In this document: one piece after another, positions 53,748 through 64,000 of the stretch | Layout: the number at the start of each line of letters is the position of its first letter | Numbering within the stretch: the stretch's first letter is position 1 | Made by a program: the position numbers and the translations under genes | Origin: Podarcis gaigeae | Lineage: Eukaryota | Assembly (NCBI GenBank): GCA_964106915.2 | Contig: OZ066929.1 | Reading direction: 5' to 3' (one strand) | DNA length: 64,000 nt | Notes under the pieces: model-generated | What the model was told of the DNA's origin: nothing | What the model saw: only the letters and a program-made list of their open reading frames with translations | Database searches by the model: none

Positions 53748-53769
53748 TGTGCATGCAAAGTAGATAGTT

Positions 53770-54400
53770 GGGATGCGAGTGGCGCTGTGGTCTAAACAAC
53801 TGAGCCTAGGGCTTGCTGATCAGAAGGTTGGAGGTTCGAATCCCCATGACGGGGTGAGCTCCCACTGTTCGGTCCCAGCTCCTGCCAACCTAGCAGTTTG
53901 AAAGCACGTCAAAGTGCAAGTAGATAAATACCGTATTTTTTGCTCTATAAGACTCACTTTTTCCTTCCTAAAAAGTAATGGGAAATGTGTGTGCGTCTTA
54001 TGGAGCGAATGCAGGCTGCGCAGCTATCCCAGAAGCCAGAACAGCAACAGAGATCGCTGCTTTCGCTGTGCAGAGATCCCTCTTGCTGTTCTGGCTTCTG
54101 GGATTCAGAATATTTTTCTTCTTGTTTTCCTCCTCCAAAAATTAGGTGTGTCTTATGGTCTGGTGCGTCTTATAGAGCGAAAAATACGGTAGGTACTGCT
54201 CCGGCAGGAAGGTGAATGGTGTTTCTGTGCACTGCTCTGGTTTTGCCAGTAGCGGCTTAGTCATGCTGGCCACATGACCTGGAAAAACTGTCTGTGGACA
54301 AACGCCAGCTCCCTCAGCCTATAGAGCGAGATGAGCGTGCAACCCCAGAGTCATCCATGACTGGACTTAACTGTCTGGGGTCTTTTACCTTTACCCTTTT
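53770..54400 (+). mobile_element. Full-length Sauria SINE (Squam1) with nested MITE
   Basis: GGGATGCGAGTGGCGCTGTGGTCTAAAC… head with GGTTCGAATCCC B box, and an (ACCTTT)n-like tail. Confidence 0.92.
53931..54189. mobile_element. Mariner/Tc1-type MITE nested in the Sauria SINE
   Basis: TA|CCGTATTTTTTGCTCTATAAGAC … GTCTTATAGAGCGAAAAATACGG|TA. The SINE sequence is continuous across it (GATAAATA|GGTAC). Confidence 0.92.
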
Positions 54401-56177
54401 AGTCTACACACTTAGGTAAGTTAAGTCCTAAAGAACCAGCAGAGTCATGCATTTAACCAAAACACCAACTTGGGCTCTAGATTATGGGTGCCCAATGGCA
54501 CCTGCAACATAACATAATGTCATGTCACAACGTCATGTTATGTCAGTGCATTGCAGTGGTGTTTCTGAGGCCTTATGGGGCCTCAGACTTCACGTCGGAG
54601 GTCTCATGAGGCCTCCAATGCAACTTCTGGTAGAAACCAGAAGTCGCGTCAGAGCATTGCTGTGTGGGTGCCCAGGCACCCAGGACCTCCTAGAGTTGGT
54701 GCCGGTGCATTTAACTATGATAGCATCACTCTAGTGGCCTCTATGCACTTACTCATAAGTTTGAATCTCCTCCAGTATCCTCCATAAAATTATCTCAGAA
54801 TTTCTCAGACATTTTCCTTATCCAAATGTGGTTCAATTTTTGCTGAAGGCAAAATCCAGTGATAATCTATAAATGGTGCTGATGGGGAAGCCTGCTATGG
54901 CCACTGCTCAAAACTCCTCTGATTTTTCAGGGGGAAATGAAAAAAAAAAGTTGTTTTAGTGGCAATTCTTGTGGAAACACTTCACACCCATCCTAATTCC
55001 TCAGACATTTTGTCCAAGCATGAACTTTACAATACTCAACTTCTGCTTTGTACACAACTTTGTGGTAATTGTACTTATTTTTGCAGAGGAAAATGACTAT
55101 TTTCTGATGGTGTCACTTCTGCAATGTCAGCTGGAATGCTTAAATATGTCTTCAGTTCTATTTGGAAATTAAAGCACACTCTCTATGTCAAGAAGGGGAA
55201 AAAAGAACATCTGCATCCTTCAGTTCCCCAAAGCTGGAAGAGTTCAAATTTGCAATACTGTTTCCAGAATGTCAGTTTGGCATTTCGGATCTATTGAAGA
55301 GTGTGTGCCATGTGCTCAAAGTGATGTAAGCATGTCTAATCACTCCATCAGCATCCAACACAGAGACTCAACAATATGCCTTGTTAGGGGACTACCTTAG
55401 CTGTAAGGGTTTATTCCTTCTAGTTAAGTTGAGCTATGAATCAGTGAAACAGTCTACCTAGATACCTGTCACTGTTGTTTTGTTTTGTTTTGTTTTGCTT
55501 TTTCCACTCACCTGAGCTTTCAAAGGGGATATCTTGAGACTGACAGTTGAGCACCAAAGGCATAATCTGGTAGTCAGATTTCACACTGATGCACTAGAAA
55601 TCCGTAACCTCCATAGCAGGTAGATTGAATAAATAGGGTAAGACACTTGCTGTTAACTGCAAATGGCAAGTAGCACCTTAAGAATCTAGTTAGCGACAGT
55701 GGCTGACAATGATAAGAGCAGAATGGGATAAATTCAATTCATATATTCTACAACCCTCATGGAAACCCAATCTCCCTATTGAAAGAAATTGAAAGGAATT
55801 CAACATCACACTCTTCCATCAGCACACAGTCATTTCCAGCTTGCCTGATAAAGCAATATCTCTTCTGCCTCCACATGCTGTTATTGGGGTTCTCCAGGCC
55901 ACCAGAGATTATTTGGGGGGTACAGGGGGAGGAGAGGAGGAAAGTGCCATTGCATTAGTGGAACCTGTTGCACTGGCTCCTCCTAGCACAGCTGTGTTGT
56001 TTAATCCAGCCCACTGGTCCCTGCCACATGGAACATATGACCTAAAGCAAAAAATGACACCTGAATTTTGCTGCCCAAGCTAATTCCTTCTTTCTTGGTT
56101 GTGTTGATTTTTTTACAAGGAAGAAGTGCCTGTGACCCCCCCAAATATTACTGGACTGTAATTCCCATCATACACAT

Positions 56178-56427
56178 TAGTGTGGAAGTGTCTACACTTT
56201 GGAACTCCTTGCCTGCTGAAATCAGGCAGGCACCTTCACTGTACTCTATTTGGAGATGCTTAGAAAGTTGAGGTAATTTTTATCTGTTTAGTACATTAAC
56301 TTTTGTATGTTTTAAAGTAGAGCTGCAAATCTTTTTTTGGTTTTACTGGTTTATCTTATTTAAGCCACTTTGAGTTTTTTGTTTTTATAATCATGTGGTA
56401 TATGAATTTCGTGAAATAAATAAATAC
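56178..56427 (+). mobile_element. L2 LINE 3' end, splitting a hAT MITE
   Basis: Encodes STLWNSLPAEIRQAPSLYSI (L2 ORF2 C-terminal motif); tail AAGCCACTTTGAG…(AAAT)n. Confidence 0.8.
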
Positions 56428-56503
56428 CTAAACATAGTACCTCCTTGCTGCCAGGGCTGCTGCACAGTAGAGTCCAACAACATATGGAGAGCCATGTGTT
56501 TCC

Positions 56504-56970
56504 TTTTCTTTTTTTTCCTTTTTGAATAATTTTTATTAGAATATAAAGACAAATACATTGCTTATCATTCAATATTTTAAAGAGAAAAATATTGCAAAGA
56601 GCCAGAAAAATTCCAGAATATTAGAAGATATTAATTAATGAAGAGTTATGTTGGACTTTCTGGGTGATAAAATTAGAGTGGGAGGTCTGGGGGGGGGGGT
56701 TGGGGGGAATATCATCACCCAGAAGATATTATTTGCAGCTAGAAATGTTCTGGAGTGCAGATGTTAAATTTTTGAATAATTACTTTATATATAATTGGCT
56801 GATAGAGAAGCAGAAGTACATTCTTTTTTTCTCTTTCTTTTTTTCTATTCTCTTTTCTCCCTCTATCCTTTCTCTTTCTTTTTTCTTCCTTGTTCTTTTC
56901 TTTCTTTCTTTTCTCTTTGATAAGAAATTTAGATTAATGTTTTACCTTGGAGGAGAAAAGGGATATTGGA
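56504..56970. mobile_element. Possible L1 3' fragment with internal inversion
   Basis: Begins with a T-rich tract plus TTTATT (minus-strand polyA end). Flanked by GAGAGCCATGTGTTTCC / GAGAGCCACAGGTTTCC (14/17 match). Confidence 0.4.
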
Positions 56971-57012
56971 TGAGAGCCACAGGTTTCCCAGACAGAAGAA
57001 GCATTGAAACAG

Positions 57013-57264
57013 AGAAGAAGAAGAAGAAGAGTTTGGATTTGATATCCCGCCTTTCACTCCCCTTCAGGAGTCTCAAAGCGGCTAACAACCTCCTTTCCCT
57101 TCCTCCCCCACAACAAACACTCTGTGAGGTGAGTGGGGCTGAGAGACTTCACAGAAGTGTGACTGGCCCAAGGTCACCCAGCAGCTGCATGTGGAGGAGC
57201 GGAGACACGAACCCGGTTCCCCAGATTATGTGACTGCCGCTCTTAACCACTACACCACACTGGC
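57013..57264 (-). mobile_element. Squam3-like SINE (lacertid type, CTT tail), young
   Basis: Reverse strand reads GCCAGTGTGGTGTAGTGGTTAAGAGCGG…GGTTCGTGTCTCC…GCCGCTTTGAGACTCC…GGCGGGATATCAAATCCAAACT(CTT)n. Confidence 0.88.
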
Positions 57265-57322
57265 ACAGGTGGTTTTAGGGAAGCCCAACCTGTTCAGGCA
57301 CACTGGGCACAGAGCCTCAGGG

Positions 57323-57461
57323 TAGGGTTGCCATATTTTGAAGAGCAAAAAAAGAGGACACATTTGCCAACTTCTCCCTTTTTAACTATGGATCACTATG
57401 ATGACTCCAACCATGAAAAAGAGGATGTGTCCTGGAAAAAAGAAGACATATGGCAAACCTA
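57323..57461. mobile_element. hAT MITE with 8-bp TSD
   Basis: Termini TAGGGTTGCCATA / TATGGCAAACCTA. TSD CCTCAGGG at 57315-57322 and 57462-57469. Confidence 0.9.
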
Positions 57462-57749
57462 CCTCAGGGGCGCCACAACTGTGATGTATAATGGCAGGTG
57501 AGAGGCGCAGAGGGATGTGGAATTTTGGCATCGCACAGGGCACTGCTGAAATCTGAGACTCCAAGGTTTGTCACTGTTTGAAACCACAAACCCTACCAAT
57601 CAGCAGTTTGAAGTAGTACAGTCCAGAATTCTATAGCCCCACAGTCCCTTCTGATGTTACTAAAATGGCTTTGGAGCCACAGTTCTACAGTTCCTTTCAA
57701 GGCCATGAGGTTCATGTCCAAAGCTCCAGACCACAAGGGCTCCTTCCTA

Positions 57750-58131
57750 TAAGGTAAAGGTAAAGGACCCCTGGGCAGTTAAGTCCAGTCAAAGGTGACT
57801 ATGGGGTTGCGGCACTCATCTTGCTTTCAGGCTGAGGGAGCCAGCATTTGTTCACAGGCAGCTTTCCAGGTCATGTGGACAGAATAACTAAACTGCTTGT
57901 GGCACAATGGAACACCATGACGGAAGCCAGAGAGCACAGAAATGCTGTCTATCTTCCCACCATAGTGGTACCTATTTATCTACTTGCACTGGCATGCTTT
58001 CAAACTCCTAGGTTGGCAGGAGCTGGGACAAAGCAACAAGCTCACCCCATTGCGGGGATTTGAACCGCCAACCTTCTGATTGGCAAGCTGAAGAGGCTCA
58101 GTGGTTTAGACCATAGCACCACCCATGTCCC
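57750..58131 (-). mobile_element. Full-length Sauria SINE (Squam1)
   Basis: AAGGTAAAGGTAAAGGACCCCTG… through …GTGGTTTAGACCATAGCACCACCCATGTCCC; reverse complement of the 53770-54400 family. Confidence 0.92.
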
Positions 58132-58148
58132 ATAGAGACTCTCCTCCT

Positions 58149-58875
58149 TCAAGAGAGGGGAGTGGTTGTGGGCGGGATCCGATCCAAGCCTCAAGCAGGG
58201 GGCGTTAGCCAATCAGCCAATCAGGCGGCTAGAAGGGGCGTGGATAGCAACTTAACTTGTTGCTGCGCCAGCCACGCGGCCTCACTTTTCGTCGTCCCGT
58301 CGCAAGTCACCCACCCTCCACTCCCTTAGAGCTCAGGGTTCTAATTCTCTTTTGGCCTTGCTATGGACCTTAGGTTGGTCGCCCTGGTTGGCCGGGGGGG
58401 CTGGTAGGAATTTTCCCATTTGGCATTAGGCTTTGTGGTTTTTTCGCCTATCTCGTAGCAACCGTCACAACTTTTGTGGTATTGGTGGGTAGGTTAGGCA
58501 TTGGAATATGTTGCGATGTGTGGAAGTGCTAGGTGTGGCCATCGCCTATGCCTTCAATTTTTGGGTATTCCGTTAAAGGAATCAGGCGGTCGTGGATCCT
58601 GTCCGATGCCTGTGTGGCGGGGGGCCATGGCACGACCCTCGGTGACATCAAGGGAGAGCTTATGGTTGGATTAGCATCAACGGGCTCCACCTACGGGTGA
58701 ATAAACCCCCCTTTTCAGACTCACCCCTCTCAGAGTAGGTGGAGTCAAGTCATGTGATCCAATGCCTAAGCCAATACCTTTTCACTTGCGGTAATCAATA
58801 AAGTTGTGGCCTTTTCTTGCCCATTATTACTTATCCTTGTGTCTTCATTTCGCTACGCGGGGATCGGGTCCTCAA
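58149..58875 (+). mobile_element. LTR-like non-coding retroelement (possibly Ngaro/DIRS-related), young CpG-rich copy
   Basis: Tandem CCAAT boxes (GCCAATCAGCCAATCAG), GC box GGGGCGTGG and AATAAA at 58797. Shares blocks with 31352-32391. TCAA at both putative ends, no TG…CA. Confidence 0.6.
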
Positions 58876-59187
58876 ACCACAATGGTGCTGCTGGAAGGCT
58901 GATGCTGTTGCGGGCAGAAGCCATGCCATAGACTCATCGCATGTCATCCAGGGATTCTGCTCTGATGTTACTCCATGAAGAAGATATCCCTCAACACAGG
59001 GTTGGTGGGCCATTTTTCTACCCAGGGGGCACGTTCTCTCAATTTTCAGGTCCTGAATGGATAAGGTGGTGCTAAGGCCAGAGGCAAAGTGGGCAAGAAC
59101 AGAGGCAAAAAGCAGGCATAGGAATGGAAGTGTGACTCTTACCTCTCTACAATAGGCAGAATTCTAGTCATGCAAATGTCAGAGGTT

Positions 59188-59188
<1 letters not shown>

Positions 59189-59231
<43 letters not shown>

Positions 59232-59238
59232 ACACACA
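59189..59238. repeat. (AC)n microsatellite
   Basis: About 24 units with one interruption. Confidence 0.97.
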
Positions 59239-59460
59239 CTTTTAACCTAACAGAATAAACAATAAATAATAACCTTCAACCTGGCAAGCAGTAGGCATTA
59301 TTATAGTTCAAGAGACATCACAGACAGGTGAAAACAACAGAAGAGTGTTTGGAGCAGGACTGGTGAGAGGTATGGTCTGAGGTGAGTATTGAGAGCCAGG
59401 TAGACAAGTATAGAGGGTCACATTTAGTTCCCAGGTCTGATACTTACTGCCTTTGTCTCA

Positions 59461-59700
59461 GCCAGTGTGGTGTAGAGGTTAGAATGCTGGACATGGGAGA
59501 CCAGGACTCAGATCTCAACTTAGCCATGAAGCTTCCTGCCATGACCTTGGGCATGCCAATGCCTCTCAGCCTATTGTACCTTACAGGATAGTTGTGGGGA
59601 TTAATAAAGGAGGGAAGTGAACCATGCAGAAGCCACACTGAGCATCTTCAAGAAAAAGGTGGGATGTAAATATAATGAAAATAAATGATTAAATAAATAA
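59461..59700 (+). mobile_element. Squam3-like SINE, older copy
   Basis: GCCAGTGTGGTGTAGAGGTTAGAATGCTGGAC… head, TGACCTTGGGC core, GAAAAAGGTGGGATGTAAAT…(AAAT)n tail. Confidence 0.75.
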
Positions 59701-60653
59701 AAGCTGTTCTCATGCCATTTGTCTAAGATGAGAGCAGGCTCTGTGGCACCATCTCTCCCCATCTGCTGTGGAATAACTCTTGGGCTACATTCAGGACCCA
59801 AGCGTCCTGTTTCAGAGCCTTCCCTCTCCTTGCTCCATACTTACTCATGCAATGAAATATTTAGTAGCTTTCCCATCTCTGAGTGACACAGCAGGAAGCC
59901 CAGAATGGCCAAACAACTGCTGATAAACAGATTGTCAGGAGTGATAAAGATACACATGCTTTGAGGGGCCTACGGTGGAAGGTAAGAGTTCACCCTTGCC
60001 CGATGTAACTAGATTTTACCTGTAGGTGACTTTATCTGATGAGCTTCATAAAATGAACTCCCTGACCATTTCCTGGATTATTTATTGCTCCTGCATGTCT
60101 TGCTGATAAAACTTAAAAAGCAAAGCAACTTACCAATTCCATATTTAAGTTACTTTCCTCCATACACAATCCATATAACTTCCTCCCACTTCTGCTTCTG
60201 CTTCCAAGTTTGTAGGCAGAATATATGAGCCCTTGGAGATATGATTGACTTGGTGGGGTTTTGAAGGAAAAGGGTTTTACAGCTTTGGAAAGGACATAAA
60301 TGAAAGGAATCTGGGCTTGTTTATTAAAGGAGGCTTCCATTGAAAAAAGAGCCCAGCATCCAAACTCGCTGTGAGTTTGATTGAAAGCCAGGGCTTGAGA
60401 TAGGGAGTACAAAGAAAGCAAAGCCAGAGGGGAATCAGGAGTTGACTAAAGAGGTTATTACTGCAAGATAAACAGACTTTGCACTGGTGACCTATCTGCA
60501 TGCTTACACAGTCCCCATTGCAAGAGATTCTAGGGGAAATGACTTAGGAAATTAACATGCAGTTGGTTCTCTGACTTGGAAAGAGTTTGGGACAATGTCT
60601 GCTGCTCAAGGCGGAAGCACTGAGAGGGATGGGCCTCTGTCCATGGGTGGCGG

Positions 60654-61255
60654 TACGTACATCATTTGATTTGTATGCTGCCTTTCCATAATTCAAACCA
60701 TGCTCAAGGTGGCTTACAACATAAAAGAAAATGCATAATTACAAATGTAACGAATGTAGTCATAAACTATAAAGATGTTATCGAAAAGTAAGCAACCAAA
60801 TTAAACAATTTCCACATAAATCATAATAAGATTTAAATTCAAGATGCAAAAATAATAATATCCATGAAAGCAACCACCCCTCACTATCCCCCCCTAAACA
60901 ATACCCCAGCCCAAGAGTCTGTTCAGCAGCCTCAGCTTTTGTAGCTGGAGTCAGTCAGGGCCTTGCCCTTCCAGGCCCTATTCTTCCAGGACTCACAGTC
61001 AAGATGGTAGTAGGGCTTAGGAGAGCTCCTACAGTCTGGACAAAAGATGGATTCAACAATCAGCAGGCTGACAGTAGAGATGAGTATGTTGAACTTATCA
61101 TGCATCTAGGATGGAAGAAGTCAGGATCCTGGGCAGAACAGCATGAGCGCCAAATGCAGTGCTAGGTGCTAAACTAAAAGTGGCCAAACCCACTTCAATG
61201 ACTTTTAAATGTAAATAACAGACATGGTTGGGGGAGATCTATCTGGATTGGCACC
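60654..61255 (-). mobile_element. 5'-truncated L2-type LINE (long 3' UTR)
   Basis: Tail shared with 53541-53747. Candidate TSD TGGCGG at 60648-60653 and 61256-61261. The 5' end reads IDLPQPCLLFTFKSH, weakly like an L2 ORF2 C-terminus. Confidence 0.6.
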
Positions 61256-62541
61256 TGGCGGAAGTAGTTGGGAGGATTAACCCTTTACTCTGCTATTCGT
61301 ACTGGAAGGAAAGCTTTCACTGGCACAAATGTGGTGATCCTCTTACCCTTACACATCTTTGGGGGGGGTCCCACTTTATTTAATGGAGGGGATAGAATCT
61401 CACAGATATAAGGTGTTTGGGAAACACTGATCTATACTGTGGGTCAGATCCAATTAGATCTACTGGGCTGCACCCAACTAATGCATTTGCAGAATAAACC
61501 TACTGAAATTGGTTAGCCATATCAATAGATACCCAGTGGGTCTTCTCTGAGCAGGATGGGCATTAGACACACCCTATACTCCTAAAGGCTGGGGAGGGAT
61601 GGGAGAGAAGATGGTGTTTAACTGAGAAGGAAAGGGTCAGCCCCACTTTCCTCTTTTCTACCAGTCCCCTGGGCAGCAAGAAAGAGAACCAGCAATTACA
61701 TCTATATTCTTCTAGCCCATTTATGCTATACTGGCTTTCCTATACAAAGCAAAGAAGGGCAAAGGGAAGAACTAGGCATAGCTAAAATCGGATTGCTATG
61801 ACAGAGGTTTTTAAACAATGGAGTAAAAACAGGAGGAGGAGGAGGAAGAGGAAAAGGAGGAAAAGGAGGAGGGGAGCTCTGTGCAACTGGGCAAAGTTTG
61901 AGCGAACGTAAAGTCGAGCACAATAAAGATTTGGGCAAAATGGGACAGCTGAGAAGGAAATAACATTGTGAACACACAAACCTTTAAATGGAGCGCAGAT
62001 GGGAGGGAGAAGGGTAATCTTCTGGAAAAGCCTCTAATTGTCTGCCCACACTAATAATTTCAGAGAAGTCTCCCCTCTCCCCCCCCTGCGTATAATTACA
62101 CCATTCCATCTGTCTATCAGCAGGTTTTTTACAGCGCCTTACGGCTGCACCACGCTCATCCTCACAGTGAGATGAGGGGTTTTTTTCCTGAAGATTTAAG
62201 AATCCTTCTGACACATATCCCGAAGAAAAGGCACTCAGGAGAGGTAAATCCCACTCCTAGGCCTGCTAAGACTCTATTTAAAAAAAAGAAAGAAAGCCAT
62301 ATATTCTCTATGAGCTCCATTTTTGTGTCAAAACAGGAGATAGACATAAAAGGGAGGGGCTTTTCATTTCTCCCACTTTCTCCTCCTTCTGCTCAATAGG
62401 GTTGCCTCCCCCAGGCCCCTCAGTAAAATATTTCATCTTGGCAAATCAACTACAAAAGGAAAGCCTAGGCAATGGCACACATCTCATAGGCTGAAGTAAA
62501 GGCTGGGAAATGAGCCCAAGCAACACCAAGGGCACTGTTTG

Positions 62542-62870
62542 GCACGGACAAATCCATTTTGGTTTTCCTCTGTTTCTCACCCCCCCCCCCAGGTCTTCAG
62601 TTCTCCACATTTTCCATGTCAGTTTGCAATTTTTCTTTTTTTTTTTCTTTTTCTAAAAAAAGGCCTCATGAAAATTCACCAGCATTTTAGTGTGGATTTC
62701 TCCTAATATTCACATTTTGCCCAATTGTTGCAAAGCAATGTTCCTTAATAAAATGCATTTTTATATGCTATTTTCACTAACAGGTGCCTTTATATGCAAA
62801 GTATTTGGCTGGGAAACCCACTGCAAAATTCGGAGAATTTCAAAGGATGTCTGTGTTCAAGTTCTCATAA
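62542..62870. mobile_element. AT-rich non-autonomous DNA element, degenerate
   Basis: CAGTTCTCCACATTT…CTCATGAAAATTCACCAGCATTTTAGTGTGGATTTCTCCTAATAT…GCAAAATTCGGAGAATTTCAAAGGATG. Related pieces at ~8460-8790, 8880-9170 and 22820-22925. Confidence 0.55.
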
Positions 62871-64000
62871 TCAGTGTGTGGGGAGGGAGCAAGTGGTAGA
62901 GAGGAACAGATGAACAAGCATTAAAAATCTGAAGTGTTTGCATGTTTTCTTAATTTACACATTTTGTACACATCCATTGCTTAAAATGTGCATTTCTGTA
63001 AGCTTTTCAATACCGTGTGTGACCAAAAATGCATTGCAAAATTCAGAGAGGTGCATCATCTGATTGATAGCTATGCTCTCATCCACATATACAAATTTAT
63101 CCTTCACCCACAGTGCCAAGTCCTTCCACTGCAGCACAATACAAATCCTGGTTTCATCAAGACTGTGATACAGAGGCTGTGCCCAGTGAAGGAGCTGGAG
63201 CTTAAATGTAACCCACAAAAGCCACAATTCATCCTGAAATATGCTTTTGAGAATGTCAGTTTCCCTGTGCAAAGAAGGAATGAGGGTAGGAGTGGGGGGA
63301 GAACATGGCACCAGACATTTGAGCTAGGTAGCGGTAAGTTAAGCAATTTCAATGCATTTCAATCATTCCTCAACATCAAGGACTATTTTTCAATATCATG
63401 GTTCTTTTGACAATAAATGAATTGCCTGATTTGGATTTTTACCCCCAACCCGTTCATGAACAATTTCTCGATGAGAAACGTCAAAAGCAATCAGTCCATC
63501 TATCGGCGTAAAATCCAAACATCAAGCTGTCATGTGCAAAAATAGTGCTTTCCTCAAATTCTCTTGCCTCTAATAACAGATTATGCTTTGGAAATGAGAT
63601 CCCCCATTTTTAAAAGAAAAAGAGAGAGGTAGGCATTGAATTGTTCAAGGTAACGTGAATTTAAGAAAACAACCAATACAAATGGAATTCAAATTTCACC
63701 AACAGATCTGCAAATGCAAGTATGAAGGATGGGGCACAGTTGAAATAGCCAAATGAATTCCCTTTTTGCTGGGTTGGAATTAACACTGGGAACTCACCAT
63801 GAAATTCCAAGTCTTCAGTAAAATTCAGTAAGATTCAAATTCTGGGTTAAATACACATGTCTAAAGCAGAACATGATGTGTTCTGTCCATAGAAGCCAGT
63901 TGCTTTTAAGACTAGACTTTTCCCTACATTGTTTCCTAGTTGTGTGAGCAAATGTATGTTTTCAACTCTGGTTAGACCTTTGCTGGTTCCAGAAGACAGA

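Noticed and set aside
53770-53850. tRNA-like sequences (also 13221, 18425, 57190-57264, 59461)
   Set aside because: These are SINE heads continuing into SINE bodies, not cloverleaf tRNA genes.
56664-57233. 189-aa ORF
   Set aside because: Read-through of a low-complexity T-rich tract and an antisense Squam3-like SINE.
62988-63410. 140-aa ORF
   Set aside because: Starts in an AT-rich repeat remnant and has no recognisable protein motif.

Overview
Eukaryotic, repeat-rich non-coding DNA from a squamate reptile, most likely a lacertid lizard (Sauria/Squam1, Squam2-like and GAA-tailed Squam3-like SINEs; L1, L2, CR1 and BovB fragments; many hAT and Tc1/mariner MITEs). I see no intact host exon or gene, and almost all ORFs in the track look spurious. 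Several repeat-free, TAAT-rich blocks resemble conserved enhancers of a gene desert or large intron. The main discovery is one retroposed cassette at 52292-53747, bounded by a perfect 10-bp target-site duplication (TGTGCATGCA) inside an older SINE. It carries an intronless, decayed gene for a type I membrane glycoprotein with two tandem atypical Ig-like domains, and it ends in a LINE (L2-type) 3' tail with (TATG)n rather than poly(A). Removing a TA-inserted MITE restores domain 1, and a LINE copy with the same tail lies at 60654-61255. Other points of note: two LTR-like/Ngaro-like elements sharing a covarying RNA stem, an IR/DR Tc1 left end, and an old ~0.5-kb local duplication. Family names come from pattern recognition only; no database search was run.
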